From NCBI RefSeq assembly GCF_006345805.1, contig NC_043021.1, positions 16,802,001 through 16,866,000 on the forward strand: a stretch of 64,000 nucleotides of DNA, written 5' to 3'. The notes under the pieces were generated by a model, which worked only from the letters and a program-made list of their open reading frames with translations, searched no databases and was not told where the DNA came from. The position numbers and the translations under genes are program-made. Below, in pieces: positions 10,900 through 23,064 of the stretch (its first letter is position 1; each line of letters opens with the position of its first letter). This stretch comes from Octopus sinensis (lineage: Eukaryota).

Positions 10900-12010
10900 G
10901 CTATCTCCCCCCTCTCTCTCACTATATCTCTCCCCCTCTGTCTCTCTCTTTCTGTCTCTCTCTGTGTCTGTATATGTTCCCCTCTCTGTCTGTGTATATA
11001 TCTCTCTCTCTTTCTGTGTCTGTCCCTGTCTCTCTCTGTATCTGTCCCCCCTCTCTCTCTGTATCTGTTTCCCTCTCTCTGTGTGTATATATCTCTCTCT
11101 CTTTGTATCTTTCTCTCTCTCACTTCTCTCACTTCTCCTTTGTTTCGCCGCCATTTTACTTTCTGCTATTTATTCTCTCTCTTACACTTTTTTTATGTCT
11201 CCGAGCTTCTCTTCCTTTTAACATCTATCTCTTCTTCCAATAAACCTCTTTAAAGCAACATACATATAAATACATACATACATACATACACACACACATA
11301 CACTCACATGCCCAAATAGACAACACAAATACCCCAAATATCACATGCACATCATCCCTGTATAACCCCCCCATTTTCAATCCATCTGAGCTGAAAAGCA
11401 CTTTTATCTTGGCTCACATTTATTTACTTCGTCGCTTCCAGTTGAGAAATATTAATTTGATTTTTTAAAGTTTTGCAAAAATAACCATTATGAATTATGT
11501 AAGTATATCACTGATCTTTTTCTTCTTTAATCTATCCCCCGATCCTTGTGCGTCGTTTTAGTAATTGTTAATTATTAATGATTATTAATACCTCAGTAAT
11601 GATGTCTGTTCGGTTTGTGTGTGCTTCGATATATATATAATTGCTTTTTATTTAAATACGTGGATATTTATTTGGCTGGAGGAAGAGACAGCATTTTCAT
11701 ATATATATATAAAATAATATATACTAGAACCGTAAGATTGCCATATATATAGATATATACATATATATATATATATGTGTGTATGCGTGTGTATGCGTGT
11801 GTGCGTATATAAATGTGTGTGTATGCGTGTGTACATATATATATATATGCGTGTGTGCATATATATATGTGTGTGTGTGTGTGTGTATGCGGGTGTGCAT
11901 ATTTACACGTGTGTATGTATATATATATATACACACGTATGTTTGTGTATGTATGTACGTATGTATGTGTGTGCGTGTATGTAGATATACGTATGTTTGT
12001 GTGCGTGTAT

Positions 12011-12058
<48 letters not shown>

Positions 12059-12230
12059 GTCTATGTGTATATATGTATATATACGTCTCTGCGTGCGTGT
12101 ATGTATATAGACATTTGTGAGCATATATGTATAGACGTATGTCTGTGTGCCTATATGTGTGTGTGGATGTCTATGCGTGTGTATATGTATATATTTATAC
12201 ATATATGTGTATATATGTATCTATATGACT
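10900..12230. repeat. CT-rich tract and TA/TG microsatellites
   Basis: Low-complexity tracts at 10900-11250 and 11700-12230. Confidence 0.9.
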
Positions 12231-13464
12231 ATATTTTTGGGAGGAATTCTGGTTTCAGCACCCAAATCTGCTTTGCCTTAAAATGTTTAAATATTAGTCA
12301 CGCATGAATGAATATGGTGTATCTTGTATTTAAGTGAATGTGACGATGATCGGATGCTCTTCTTAAATATAGCATCTAATTTCTAAAAAAAAATATGTAT
12401 TCCCTGAGATCAGAGAAACATCGGTTAATGTAATCATGCACCACTACTCTCCAAACTTCACCAAAGCAATTTCTAGATGGGACGGTCACGAGTAGAGTGC
12501 CTTTAATCATAAGGTCGATGACTGAAGTGTTGTTGGAAAGAGGCTGACCTGGGGTTAAACAACAAGCGATTGTTGTAATATCCCTTCCATATGAAGAATT
12601 AAGTTTAGCCTTATTAATTACTAATTAGCACATCTTATTAAAAAGCAAACAAAAAAAACATTTAAACTTTATGTATAATTAATCAAAAGACTTAATAAAA
12701 CCTTTGTTCTGCTCTGAGCGATCGATCAATCAATGAAGTCGTTAAAGGCGCTCCAATTGTGACCATCCTATTACATATATTTTTTTAACACAATACGTCA
12801 ACAATATCCAATATTTCTTGAATTCTTCCCCTCTCCCAAGACAATTAATTAGGTGTTATTTGATTTTAGAGTTTTAAAAGGGATCAATATAAAGATCTTC
12901 ACCGTTTTTGGTGAGCTGCTGTTTCTAGCAGGCTCATGGTTTCTCCCCTTTTGGCCTACGATTATATATTTAAAGGTCGCTTTGTGTGTGTGTGATATTC
13001 AGTCACATCATTTTTCAGTTTCTTTTTAATTAATTAATTAATTAATTAATAATAATAATAATAATTAATTCTTTTCAATTTTGGCACAAGATGTTAATTA
13101 TAATAGTAATAATAATCATAAAATAACGGTATTAATTAATACCAATTGCTTACGTTGATATTCCTAATACTACATATATATATATTCTTAATATAAAATA
13201 ATTTCTGAATTTGGGTTATCTACAGACACATCCACAGAGTAGCTAGATAAAACATCTTGAACCTCCCGTCAGCCTAATTTAATTGAATTAACTAATTTAT
13301 TTTCTCCTAGCGTTTAATAAAGTAAATTTTTCTTTATATTTCACAAATATGTATACACACACACATCTATATGTAATAATTATATATAAGCGCAGTAGTA
13401 TTAAAAATTAGAACGAAGTTTATATTTGAATGGCTATTGTTTTCTGGCTTATATGCTTAATATA

Positions 13465-13496
<32 letters not shown>

Positions 13497-13681
13497 ATAT
13501 AATCTCAAATTGATTTGAGAACATAATCTTTTGTGGAGAATGGCGATTGACGTCTATATCTAGCATGTTGACTGTCCACTTTTCGTGTTAATTGGTATAT
13601 ATAAATATTTGAATCTTCGGATTCTTTTTTAATATGCTAGACCACTGGTTTTAATTGATAAATATCAATTTCTACCCTTAA

Positions 13682-13744
<63 letters not shown>

Positions 13745-13869
13745 TATACATACATACACGAATTTAACTCGTCGATCTACAATTAAGCTACATATGTCTT
13801 CATTAAAGATCTTGTGTGTGTGTGTATCATGATAGATCGCTAGTTACTACACATTCTTTATTTTCTCTC

Positions 13870-14000
13870 TTTGTTTCTTTCTGTGGAAGAGCGTAGGCTC
13901 GAAACGTTAAAGACTTTTTCACTTCCCGAGTGTTATTACTAATACATCTGTTTCTTGTCTACACCATCTGTCTTCGTCTTTTGTTTTTTTTTTTTGTGAA
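13870..14000 (+). mobile_element. Penelope-type terminal fragment with hammerhead-like motif
   Basis: TCTTT-CTGTGGA-A-GAGCGTAGGCTC-GAAACGTT-AAAGA. A second family copy lies on the minus strand at 54259-54355. Confidence 0.6.
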
Positions 14001-14020
14001 TTCTCCTATGCCATACTTTG

Positions 14021-14064
<44 letters not shown>

Positions 14065-14321
14065 AACACACAAAACAACCTATATTGTATACGTATATAT
14101 ACACACACGATAACCTACATAATTTCAGGTTATATAAAACACCACGAAAATAAGGGAAAAGATTATTTTTTCTTCATGTCGCTATGAAAATGGCTTTTTA
14201 AATTTGTTTCTTTTAAAAACAAAACGTATTTTAAACTTTGTATATACATTAGTAGCAGTTATTGAAAAATAGTAAAGAATTATAGCCCCACAGCGCCTCA
14301 ACAAATAATAATAATAATTAT

Positions 14322-14460
14322 TATTTCTTTACTACCCACAAGGGGTTAAACACAGAGGGGACAAACAAGGACAGATATCGACCCCAGTGCGTAACTGGTA
14401 CTTAATTTATCGACCCCGAAAGGATGAAAGGCAAAGTCGACCTCGGCGGAATTTGAACTT
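14322..14460 (-). mobile_element. SINE A 3' fragment
   Basis: Tail plus central domain, truncated at the B box. Confidence 0.85.
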
Positions 14461-15560
14461 AAATAATAATAATAATAATAATATATCCGTTAGGTTGGAT
14501 TTGAAACCCTATCTCCCAGTAATTATCTTCGGAAATTAAAATAAATATTTATATATAAACACATTTAGACCGAAATGATCGGTTCTGGATATTTTAATTT
14601 TCGCTTTCTTTGTAATGACTAAATAATTTTTCGAAATTATTTTGAGAAGAGAGGAAAGAGACAAAGAAAGGAATATGGGAATTCCTTGGAAATGTCTTTT
14701 ACGAAAATATCTTTATGGTTTGGTGATGTACCGAGGGAGAATCCGTGAGCGTGTGGTGATGTTCATGCCATTCTGAAGAATGATTAGAGAATCGATGCTA
14801 GCGTTTTGTTTCTAAGATATTTTATATAGCCAACAGTCGAGATCAGGTTCTTGGATTTTGTATCTAAACGAAATCCGAAGTAAGTATGTGTGTGTGTGTG
14901 TGTGTAAACTGTGGAACTCGAAGTAGATAAAGCTATAAATGATTGCGTTTAAATAGTGTTAAAAAAAATCCCTTTAGATAGAAAAGTTAAAGGCTGCCCG
15001 TCGGATTTAACGTAAATGTATGTGTATATGTGGGTATACATACATTAATGTCGTGTGTGTATACATACATACGTGTGTATACATACACACGTATGAAACG
15101 GTTGTCGCGATGCAAATTAATGGTTAGTTTTTATTAAAGAAAAGTGGGAAAAGATTCCCACTTTTGGTTATTAGATTAATAAGGGACGAATAATTTGTGG
15201 GATTCATTCCTTTCCTCTCGAAAGCATTAACCATTTTGAACGACGTGTGATTTCCTCAGTTGCGAAGAAGCAGCGAAATGGTGTCACGGGATCTCTCAGA
15301 TTTAGTAAGAGGCAGAACTAAGGAGGTTACTTGGGAGGAAAATCAAAACCAGGGTTTTCTGATACCCCCGATATATAATTTTCTTTGCTATATAAATGAG
15401 GCGGTTTGTTGTGATGGTGGTGGTGGAATCGAAGGTCTAATTGTTGCATCGGTAAATAACTTTAACAATCAAAAGGCAACATACTTTTGTTTTGGAAATG
15501 AAGGGTGAGGGTGTGGGTGAGAATTAAGATTTATATATTCGGTAAATGCTAAGATTAGCA

Positions 15561-15610
<50 letters not shown>

Positions 15611-15648
15611 CAGCCTTTGTGTCCAATAAAAGAATTAATTATTATTAT

Positions 15649-16540
15649 GGCGGCCTGCTGGCAGACTCGTTAGCACGCCGGGCGAAATCCTTAGCGGTAT
15701 TTCGCCTGTTCTGAGTTCAAATTCCGCCGAGGTCGACTTTACCTTTCATCCTTTCGGGGTCGATAAATTAAGTACCAGTTACGCACTGTGTGTGTGTGTG
15801 TGTGGGGGCGATGTAATCGACTTAATACGTTTGTCTGTCCTTGTTTGTCCCCTCTGTGTTTAGCCCCTTGTGGGTAATAAAGAAATAGGTATTTCGCCCA
15901 TCGCTACGTTCTGGGTTTAAATTCCGCCGAGGTTGACTTTGCCTTTCATCCTTTCGGGGGTCGATAAATTAAAGTACCAGTTACGCACTGGGGTCGATGT
16001 AATCGTCTTAATACCTATGTCTGTCCTTGTTTGTCCTATGTGTTTAGCCCCTTGTGGGTAATAAAGAAATAGGTATTTCGTCTGCCGTTACGTTCTGAGT
16101 TCGAATTCCGTCGAGGTCGACCTTACCTTTCATCCTTTCGGGGTCGATAAATTAAATACCAGTTACGCACTGGGGCCGATCTAATCGTCTTAATCCGTTT
16201 GTCTGTCCTTGTTTGTCCCCTCTGTGTTTAGCCCCTTGTGGGTAGTAAAGAAATAGGGATTTCGCCAATCACTACGTTCTGGGTTTAAGTTCCGTCGAGG
16301 TCGACTTTACCTTTCATCCTTAAGGGGGTCGATAAATTAAGTACCAGTTACGCACTGCGGTCGATGTAATCGACTTGATCCGTTTGTCTGTCCTTGTTTG
16401 TCCCCTCTGTGTTTAGTCCCTTGTGGGTAGTAAAGAAATAGGGATTTCTCCAATCGCTACGTTCTGAGTTTAAATTCCGCCGAGGTTGACTTTGCCTTTC
16501 ATCCTTTCGGGGGTTGATAAAATAAAAAAAACAGTTGATG
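15649..16540 (+). mobile_element. SINE family A tandem array: one head plus about 184-bp units
   Basis: Units restart at 15888, 16072, 16256 and 16441. Confidence 0.92.
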
Positions 16541-16987
16541 TAATCGACACATCTCCTCCCCCAAAATTGCTGCCCTTGTGACAAAATTTGAAACCATTAT
16601 TATTATTATTATTATCGGTTTCAAATTTTGGCTCCTCTAGGCCAGCAAATTTCAGCGGATGAGGCTAGTCGAAGCCATCAAACTCTAGCACTCAGATTGT
16701 ACATACTTTATCGATCCGGAAAAGATGAAAGACAAAGTCGGTCTCGGCGGGCGGAGAACTCGGAACGTAAAGTTAGATGAAATAAGTACCAGTGCTCCAC
16801 TGGGGTCGAGGTAATCGACTTCCTTACCCCTTAAAATTACGGGTCTTTTGCCAAAATTAGGGTTATTCTCAGCGTATACACACGATATAAATATTAATGA
16901 TATGGCATAGCTGTGTACATCTTTTACAATAAATTAAATAGGTGTAAATGTATATATGTATGTTTTACCTCCGCCGTGTATGTATGT

Positions 16988-17020
<33 letters not shown>

Positions 17021-17257
17021 TGCAATTGTGTATGTACATGTTAGTAGGCACCCTCCATATATATATATATATGTGAATGTACATATGCGTATCTATACGC
17101 GTGCGTGTGTACCTATGTATATGTGTGAATATGTTTGTATTCGCGTGTACCCATCTATATGTGACTGTGCGTACGCGTGCATCCATCTGTATATATATGT
17201 ATGTCTGTGCAGCGCGCGCGCCCAATCTGTATGTGAACGTGTGTGCGCGCACACGTG

Positions 17258-17290
<33 letters not shown>

Positions 17291-17648
17291 GTGTGTGTGT
17301 GTGTGTAAGTAAACTAAGGGAGATAATCTATTACTAACGGTAAAAATAAATGGAGCAAAAGAAAGGACAGATGCTTTAGGACGTTTTTAGACAAGGTTAA
17401 ACGGAATGTGACATTTGATCGTCAAATCTTCGGCCGGAGCGGACATGGGGCGTCAGCGGCCCCGGAGTTTCATTCCATATTTATCTGACCGAGGATGATG
17501 GTGTATATTTCACTACCACAAAGCACATAGTTCCGGGTTCCGTTTCACTACATGGCACCTTAGGTTAGTTTCTTCTAACTATAGCCTCGGGCCGACTAAA
17601 TTTTTGTGAGTGGATTTGGTAGACGGAAACTGGAAGAAGCCGCCCCCG

Positions 17649-17695
<47 letters not shown>

Positions 17696-17698
<3 letters not shown>

Positions 17699-18429
17699 AA
17701 ACAAGTAAAAAATAGAAAATGCTAAAATAATTTTATAGTGAACATTTCAGTACCGGTTTCGGTCATTTTGAGACCTTTTCAAACTGTAACGATTAAATAA
17801 TTAAATTTAGAAAAATTAGAAGAAAAGTTTTTTTAAAAGATATTTCTATAGTAGTGTTCAGATTTAAGTGGCATTCTGCCTTTCTCTGACTCCCTTGTTT
17901 GCACTTGTGTGTTCGAGGTAGTTGTGAGCTCTTGGTAGGGTAGTAGAGAGAAGGCTGGTGAGGAAAGGGGGGTGGGAGAATCTGGGAGTGCCCTGATGGT
18001 CGTATTTTGAATGGTCAGTGGCGGCTGGCAGTCTCAGTTCAATTCAGGAGAATATTTATATTGACAGGCTTCTTTATAGAATTAGCGTAGGTGTTATACT
18101 AAAAACATTAGTGACAAACTTAAGGGGTAGGGGGGGGGAGAAGAAGAAGAAGAAGAAGAAGAAGAAGAGAAGAGAAGATGACGATGATGGTGATGGTGGT
18201 GATGATTATGACGACGATGATGATGATAACGATGATGAAGGGAGTCAGAGAAAGGCAGAATGCCACTTAAATCTGAACACTACTATAGAAATATTCTTTT
18301 AAAAAAACTTTTCTTCTAATTTTTCTAAATTTAATTATTTAATCGTTACAGTTGAAAAGGTCTCAAAATGACCTTTTTGAAATGTTCACTATAAAATTAT
18401 TTTAGCATTTTCTATTTTTACTTGTTTTT
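17696..18429. repeat. Inverted repeat pair (17696-17895 / 18239-18429), Penelope-like ends
   Basis: About 195-bp arms around an about 340-bp spacer. The left arm carries TTGAAAA-GGTCTCAAAATGACC-GAAACCGGTA on the minus strand. Confidence 0.85.
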
Positions 18430-18582
18430 TATATATATCAACTCGTGTGTTCCTTTCACCCTATACATATATATATATATATATACAAAATTAAGAGGAA
18501 TGACCACTAAAGTGGACACCCTATATGCTAAACATATATGTGGTTCGTAAGCAAGCTACTTATCACACACCCACTCCTATGC

Positions 18583-18641
<59 letters not shown>

Positions 18642-18647
<6 letters not shown>

Positions 18648-19184
18648 GAAGGAGCTTCTACAGGACTAGAAACTGTTTCATTCAGAGAAATCTTCAGAAG
18701 CTAGTTAACAAGAATTGTATTGGCATTTATACATTTAGGCAGGTTTAAAGGGGTGTTGGTGGGGGACTTTTTTGGGGTAGGCATAGCGCAAAATATCATA
18801 CTTGGGGGAGTGGTCAAGGAGTCAGTGTTAAATTAGATAGAAGAATAAATAAAAAAAAATAAAAAAAAATATATATATATAAAAAAAGGGGAATAGAGTT
18901 TTAGGTAAATAAAACTCTATTCCCCTTTTTTTATTTATATATATATATTATTTTTTTTAAATTTATTTTTTAAAATTTATTCTTCTATCTAATTTAACAC
19001 TGACTCCTTGACCACTCCCCCAAGTATGATATTTTGCGCTATGCCTACCCCAAAAAAGTCCCCCACCAACACCCCTTTAAACCTGCCTAAATGTATAAAT
19101 GCCAATACAATTCTTGTTAACTAGCTTCCTGAAGATTTCTCTTGAATGAAACAGTTCTAGTCCTGTAGAAGCTCCTTCTATATA
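18642..19184. repeat. About 540-bp near-perfect palindrome
   Basis: Arms meet at a 6-nt loop (18904-18909). Outer ends carry CTGAAGA...GAAACAGTT. Confidence 0.93.
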
Positions 19185-19256
19185 ATAAATTAATTTTACT
19201 CTGCTATGTATTGAGTACCTTATTTACTGTGGTTAACCCCGAATCAACCCGGGACC

Positions 19257-19292
<36 letters not shown>

Positions 19293-19788
19293 TGATGATG
19301 ATGATTTGTGTGTCTTTGTGTTTCTCCCTTGACAACTGGTGTTGGTTTGTTTATGTCACTGTAACCTAGTGGCTCAGTGTAAGATGCCAATTAGAATGTG
19401 CCAGGTTAGAAAAATACATATGTACTGGAGTCAGCTTGACTAAGATCCTTCAAGTTTGTGGTCCCAGCATGTTTGCAGTCCTGTCATTGAAACAAGTAAA
19501 ATATAGGGTTAGAAATATATGTACAAACCCACACACATACAACACCAACCTGAAAGAATGCTTCATAGAACTCTGCCTGTCCACTGGCAGCAGAGAGCCT
19601 TGGCACACAAATATATGAAAAGCAAGGTCTCACCTGGTCTGAGATATTTGGTCATTTATAACCCTTGGCATCGATTAAGACCACTTGTTCTCAAATGGGG
19701 TTCATATGACCTTTGAAGAGCCATAAGATATTTTGTGTATTGTTGAAGTACTATCACCTTGTTGCAATGTAGATTTTAACAACAGAAT

Positions 19789-20380
19789 CTTAACCCTTTA
19801 GCGTTCATATTATTCTGTCAAAAGTAACGTTTGTTTCTATTCTATAGAAATTCTATGAGGAATTATTTACAATGGACAGACATGTGCCCACCTCTCATAT
19901 GTTTTTATCACAACATTTCGGCTGTGCAGATATGAATGTAATATGGGAACCAGTATTAAGAAAAGACAAAATACTAGGTTTAGAAGTCCTATAATTCACT
20001 GTATAATTACCCACATGCATATAGTGTAGTGGATAAGAGTGCAGGCTACTAACCCTTGGAGTCTAAGTTCATTCCCAGGCTGGGACTTGGAAAATAATAT
20101 CAACAGAAAACTAACATCAGCAGCATACCTTAGGAATGAGAACAGGGTACCCCATTAGTCAAATAAAGGGTTTGGTTCAAAATTCCACCAGAACACCTGA
20201 TGAAGGCTGGAGAGTACATCAGCTGAAACGTGATAAGAGCAAAGATAAGGATACCTATCCGTCCATTGTAAATAGTGTAATGTTTATTTATTCACATGTC
20301 TTTAATTAAACATGCATTATGTTTGTAGTTTTGAGATTTTGATAAGGTAACAGTTAAGTTTTAGAATGATATTGTAGGGT
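19789..20380. mobile_element. piggyBac-like MITE fragment, interrupted by an insertion
   Basis: Starts TTAA|CCCTTTAG. Sequence resumes after 20277 following an about 440-bp insert flanked by degenerate GTAAYGTTTRTTT. Confidence 0.55.
20011..20276 (+). mobile_element. tRNA-headed SINE-like element with Penelope-type tail
   Basis: A box TAGTGTAGTGG (20022-20032), degenerate B box AGTTCATTCCC (20066-20076), tail CCTGATGAAGGCTGGAGAGTACATCAGCTGAAACGT. Confidence 0.6.
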
Positions 20381-20641
20381 ATGCATACATACATACATAC
20401 ATAAATTGCTAGCAAGGACACAGTATTTCATTTAGCAACCGTAATATACCACTGAGTATATTAAAGGTTTACAAGTAAATATTGTGCCTGTTTGTGTTAA
20501 CAGTGCAATATTCTCTTTTTTTAAGTGTGAAACTATAGATTTTCTATAGAATTCAGAGCCAACGCTCTAAGTTATGACATTTTCTACACAAATGTCTTTT
20601 GTATACAATGCAATCACATTTGCATATATGTATATTTGTAT

Positions 20642-20741
20642 NNNNNNNNNNNNNNNNNNNNNNNNNNNNNNNNNNNNNNNNNNNNNNNNNNNNNNNNNNN
20701 NNNNNNNNNNNNNNNNNNNNNNNNNNNNNNNNNNNNNNNNN
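20642..20741. other. Assembly gap (100 N)
   Basis: Run of exactly 100 N, flanked by microsatellite. Confidence 0.99.
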
Positions 20742-20981
20742 ACATACAAAAATGTATGTATGTATGTATCCACATACATATATTCATACATACGTAAACA
20801 CCCCTCCCCCCAATATATAGGCACGTGTCCACATTACTGTGTGTGTGTGTGTATAACATCCTTGTTGCACCATAAACATGGCTCCTACATATGACTCAGC
20901 AAGAGAAAGGGCATGAACCTAAGAATATAGATATGTTTCCTACTTAATGATGCTCAGTCACACCCACTCCTACTTCCTCTA

Positions 20982-21018
<37 letters not shown>

Positions 21019-21189
21019 TACTCAACAACACTCACACAAACACACATATATACTCAACAACACTTTCTCTCTCTCTCTCTCTCTCTCTCTCAAACTATCT
21101 ATCTGTTTTGTCTTTTTACTTGTTTCAGTCACGACTGTGGCCATGCTGGGGCACCACCTCGGGCACTTCTGTCAAACAATCCCCTCTTC

Positions 21190-21686
21190 ATTCCACTGAT
21201 GTTATCCAAGGGAAAGGCAAAGGGGCCGATACAGCTTGGCACCAGAGACGTTGCAACTCATTTCTACAGCTGACTGAGCTGGAGCAACGTGAAATAAAGT
21301 GTCTTGTTCAAGAACACAACACACAGCCCAGCCTGGGAATCGAACTCACAAAGACCCCTTTCGTTAAGAATGACCATGAGATTACACCTAGGAAGTTACC
21401 TTCCGAGGCACAAGACTGGGTAAGGTTGTTTATGGGAGACCAGCAGTCGCCCATGCATACCAGCCTCTCCTCTCCACGCCACTGATGTTATCCAAGGGAA
21501 AGGCAAAGGGGCCGATACAGCCTGGCACCAGTGACATCACAGCTCATTTTCTACAGCTGAGTGATCTGGAGCAATGTGATATGAAGTGTCTTGCTCAAGA
21601 ACACAACACGCAGCCTGGTCCAGGAATCAAACTCACAACCTCACAATCGTAAGCTCAACGCTCTAGCCACTGAGCCACGTGTCTTC
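21190..21686 (-). mobile_element. SINE family D dimer
   Basis: One head plus a second unit restarting at the B box. Junction GAACTCACAAAGACCCCTTTCG near 21340-21362. Confidence 0.82.
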
Positions 21687-21884
21687 ATGTACTTCATGTA
21701 TACATGTATATATGTATGTTTGGAGTAAAGATTCTTTGCCAACATAACATGGCAGTCCTGGTTTAGGACGAATGTTGCTGTAATTTAGCAACAGGAGACT
21801 TTTTTTTTCTCTTCTTCCCAAAAAGAAAAGCTCTACTTTGTATTTTGTCCCTTCTGTGTTCAGCCCTGCATGGCCAATAAAGAA

Positions 21885-22001
21885 ATCTATCTATCTTTCT
21901 GTCTGTCTATTTATCTATCTATTTGTCTATCTATCTATCTATCTATATATCTATCTATTTGTCTATCTATCTATCTATCTATATATATATATATATATCT
22001 G

Positions 22002-22036
<35 letters not shown>

Positions 22037-22140
22037 GTCTGTCTGTCTGTCTGTCAGTCTATCTATCTATCTATCTGTCTGTCTGTCTATCATTCTATTT
22101 GTCTGTCTGTCTGCCTCTCTCTCTCTCTTTCTCCCTCTAT
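21885..22140. repeat. (CTAT)n/(CTGT)n tetranucleotide tract
   Basis: Directly visible. Confidence 0.95.
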
Positions 22141-23064
22141 ATATATGCGTCTGTGTGGAGCGACATGTATGTATGCATGTCTTTATGTGTGTGTGTGTGT
22201 GTATGTATGCGTGTGTGTATGCAGACATGCATGCATGAAGGCATGTAGCGTATGCATATACGTATGTACGTCTGTATGATAGACGTACGCATGGCTATAT
22301 ATGAATGGCTGCGTATCTCTAACTTGATAGACAGACGCCATACATCCTTTGCGTTTATCCCTCCCTCGTCTCTTACAACTCACATTGCCAGCCACAATGA
22401 AAGGAGGTGCATGACCCCACAGGTAGGCGTATGGGGGTTCACAGTCATAAAGCTATTCCTTGAGCAATGCACTTCATTTCACGTTGGCCCTGTCTACTCA
22501 GCTGTAAACAAGTACCAACCAAGGTGTTGGTAAAGCTCTCCCTACCAACACTACCACCACCACCACTACCACCACCACCACTACCACCACCACCACCATC
22601 ACCAGCTGTCACATGCAGGACTTTCCAGGTGTAAATCCATGCTTTCTCTCTCTCTCTCTCTCACTTTCTTTCTCTCATGATGCATACATGCTAATGAAGG
22701 GGTCGCTACATTTTTTTCTCAAAATAGCAGCCAAACCCTCCTCAAATTGCACTGAATCATCCTAAAAAGGGAAAGGCATGTTGGATGATGTAACCATAGA
22801 TAGGCAATGCCCCCCCCCCCCCGACAAAGATGTGGAGAATGGAGTGTCATATCAAAAACCCCTATGATCATAGGTTTGCAGGACCAGAGTTAATATCAGG
22901 GTTAAACAACAGACTATCCCTCTGATACGCAAATACAAAGAGGTGCTGAAAAGTTCCTAGTGAAGCACTATGAGCCCTTATTTTTCTCAGGGCTTCTGAA
23001 GCATGTGGTAGGATTACAAGAGGTTATCCTCAAACCAAGCTTGAATGGTAGCAACAGGGTACCC

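Noticed and set aside
18666-18704. Functional hammerhead at the palindrome ends
   Set aside because: CUGAAGA and GAAA are present, but positions 10.1-11.1 are U-U and helix I does not pair next to the core.
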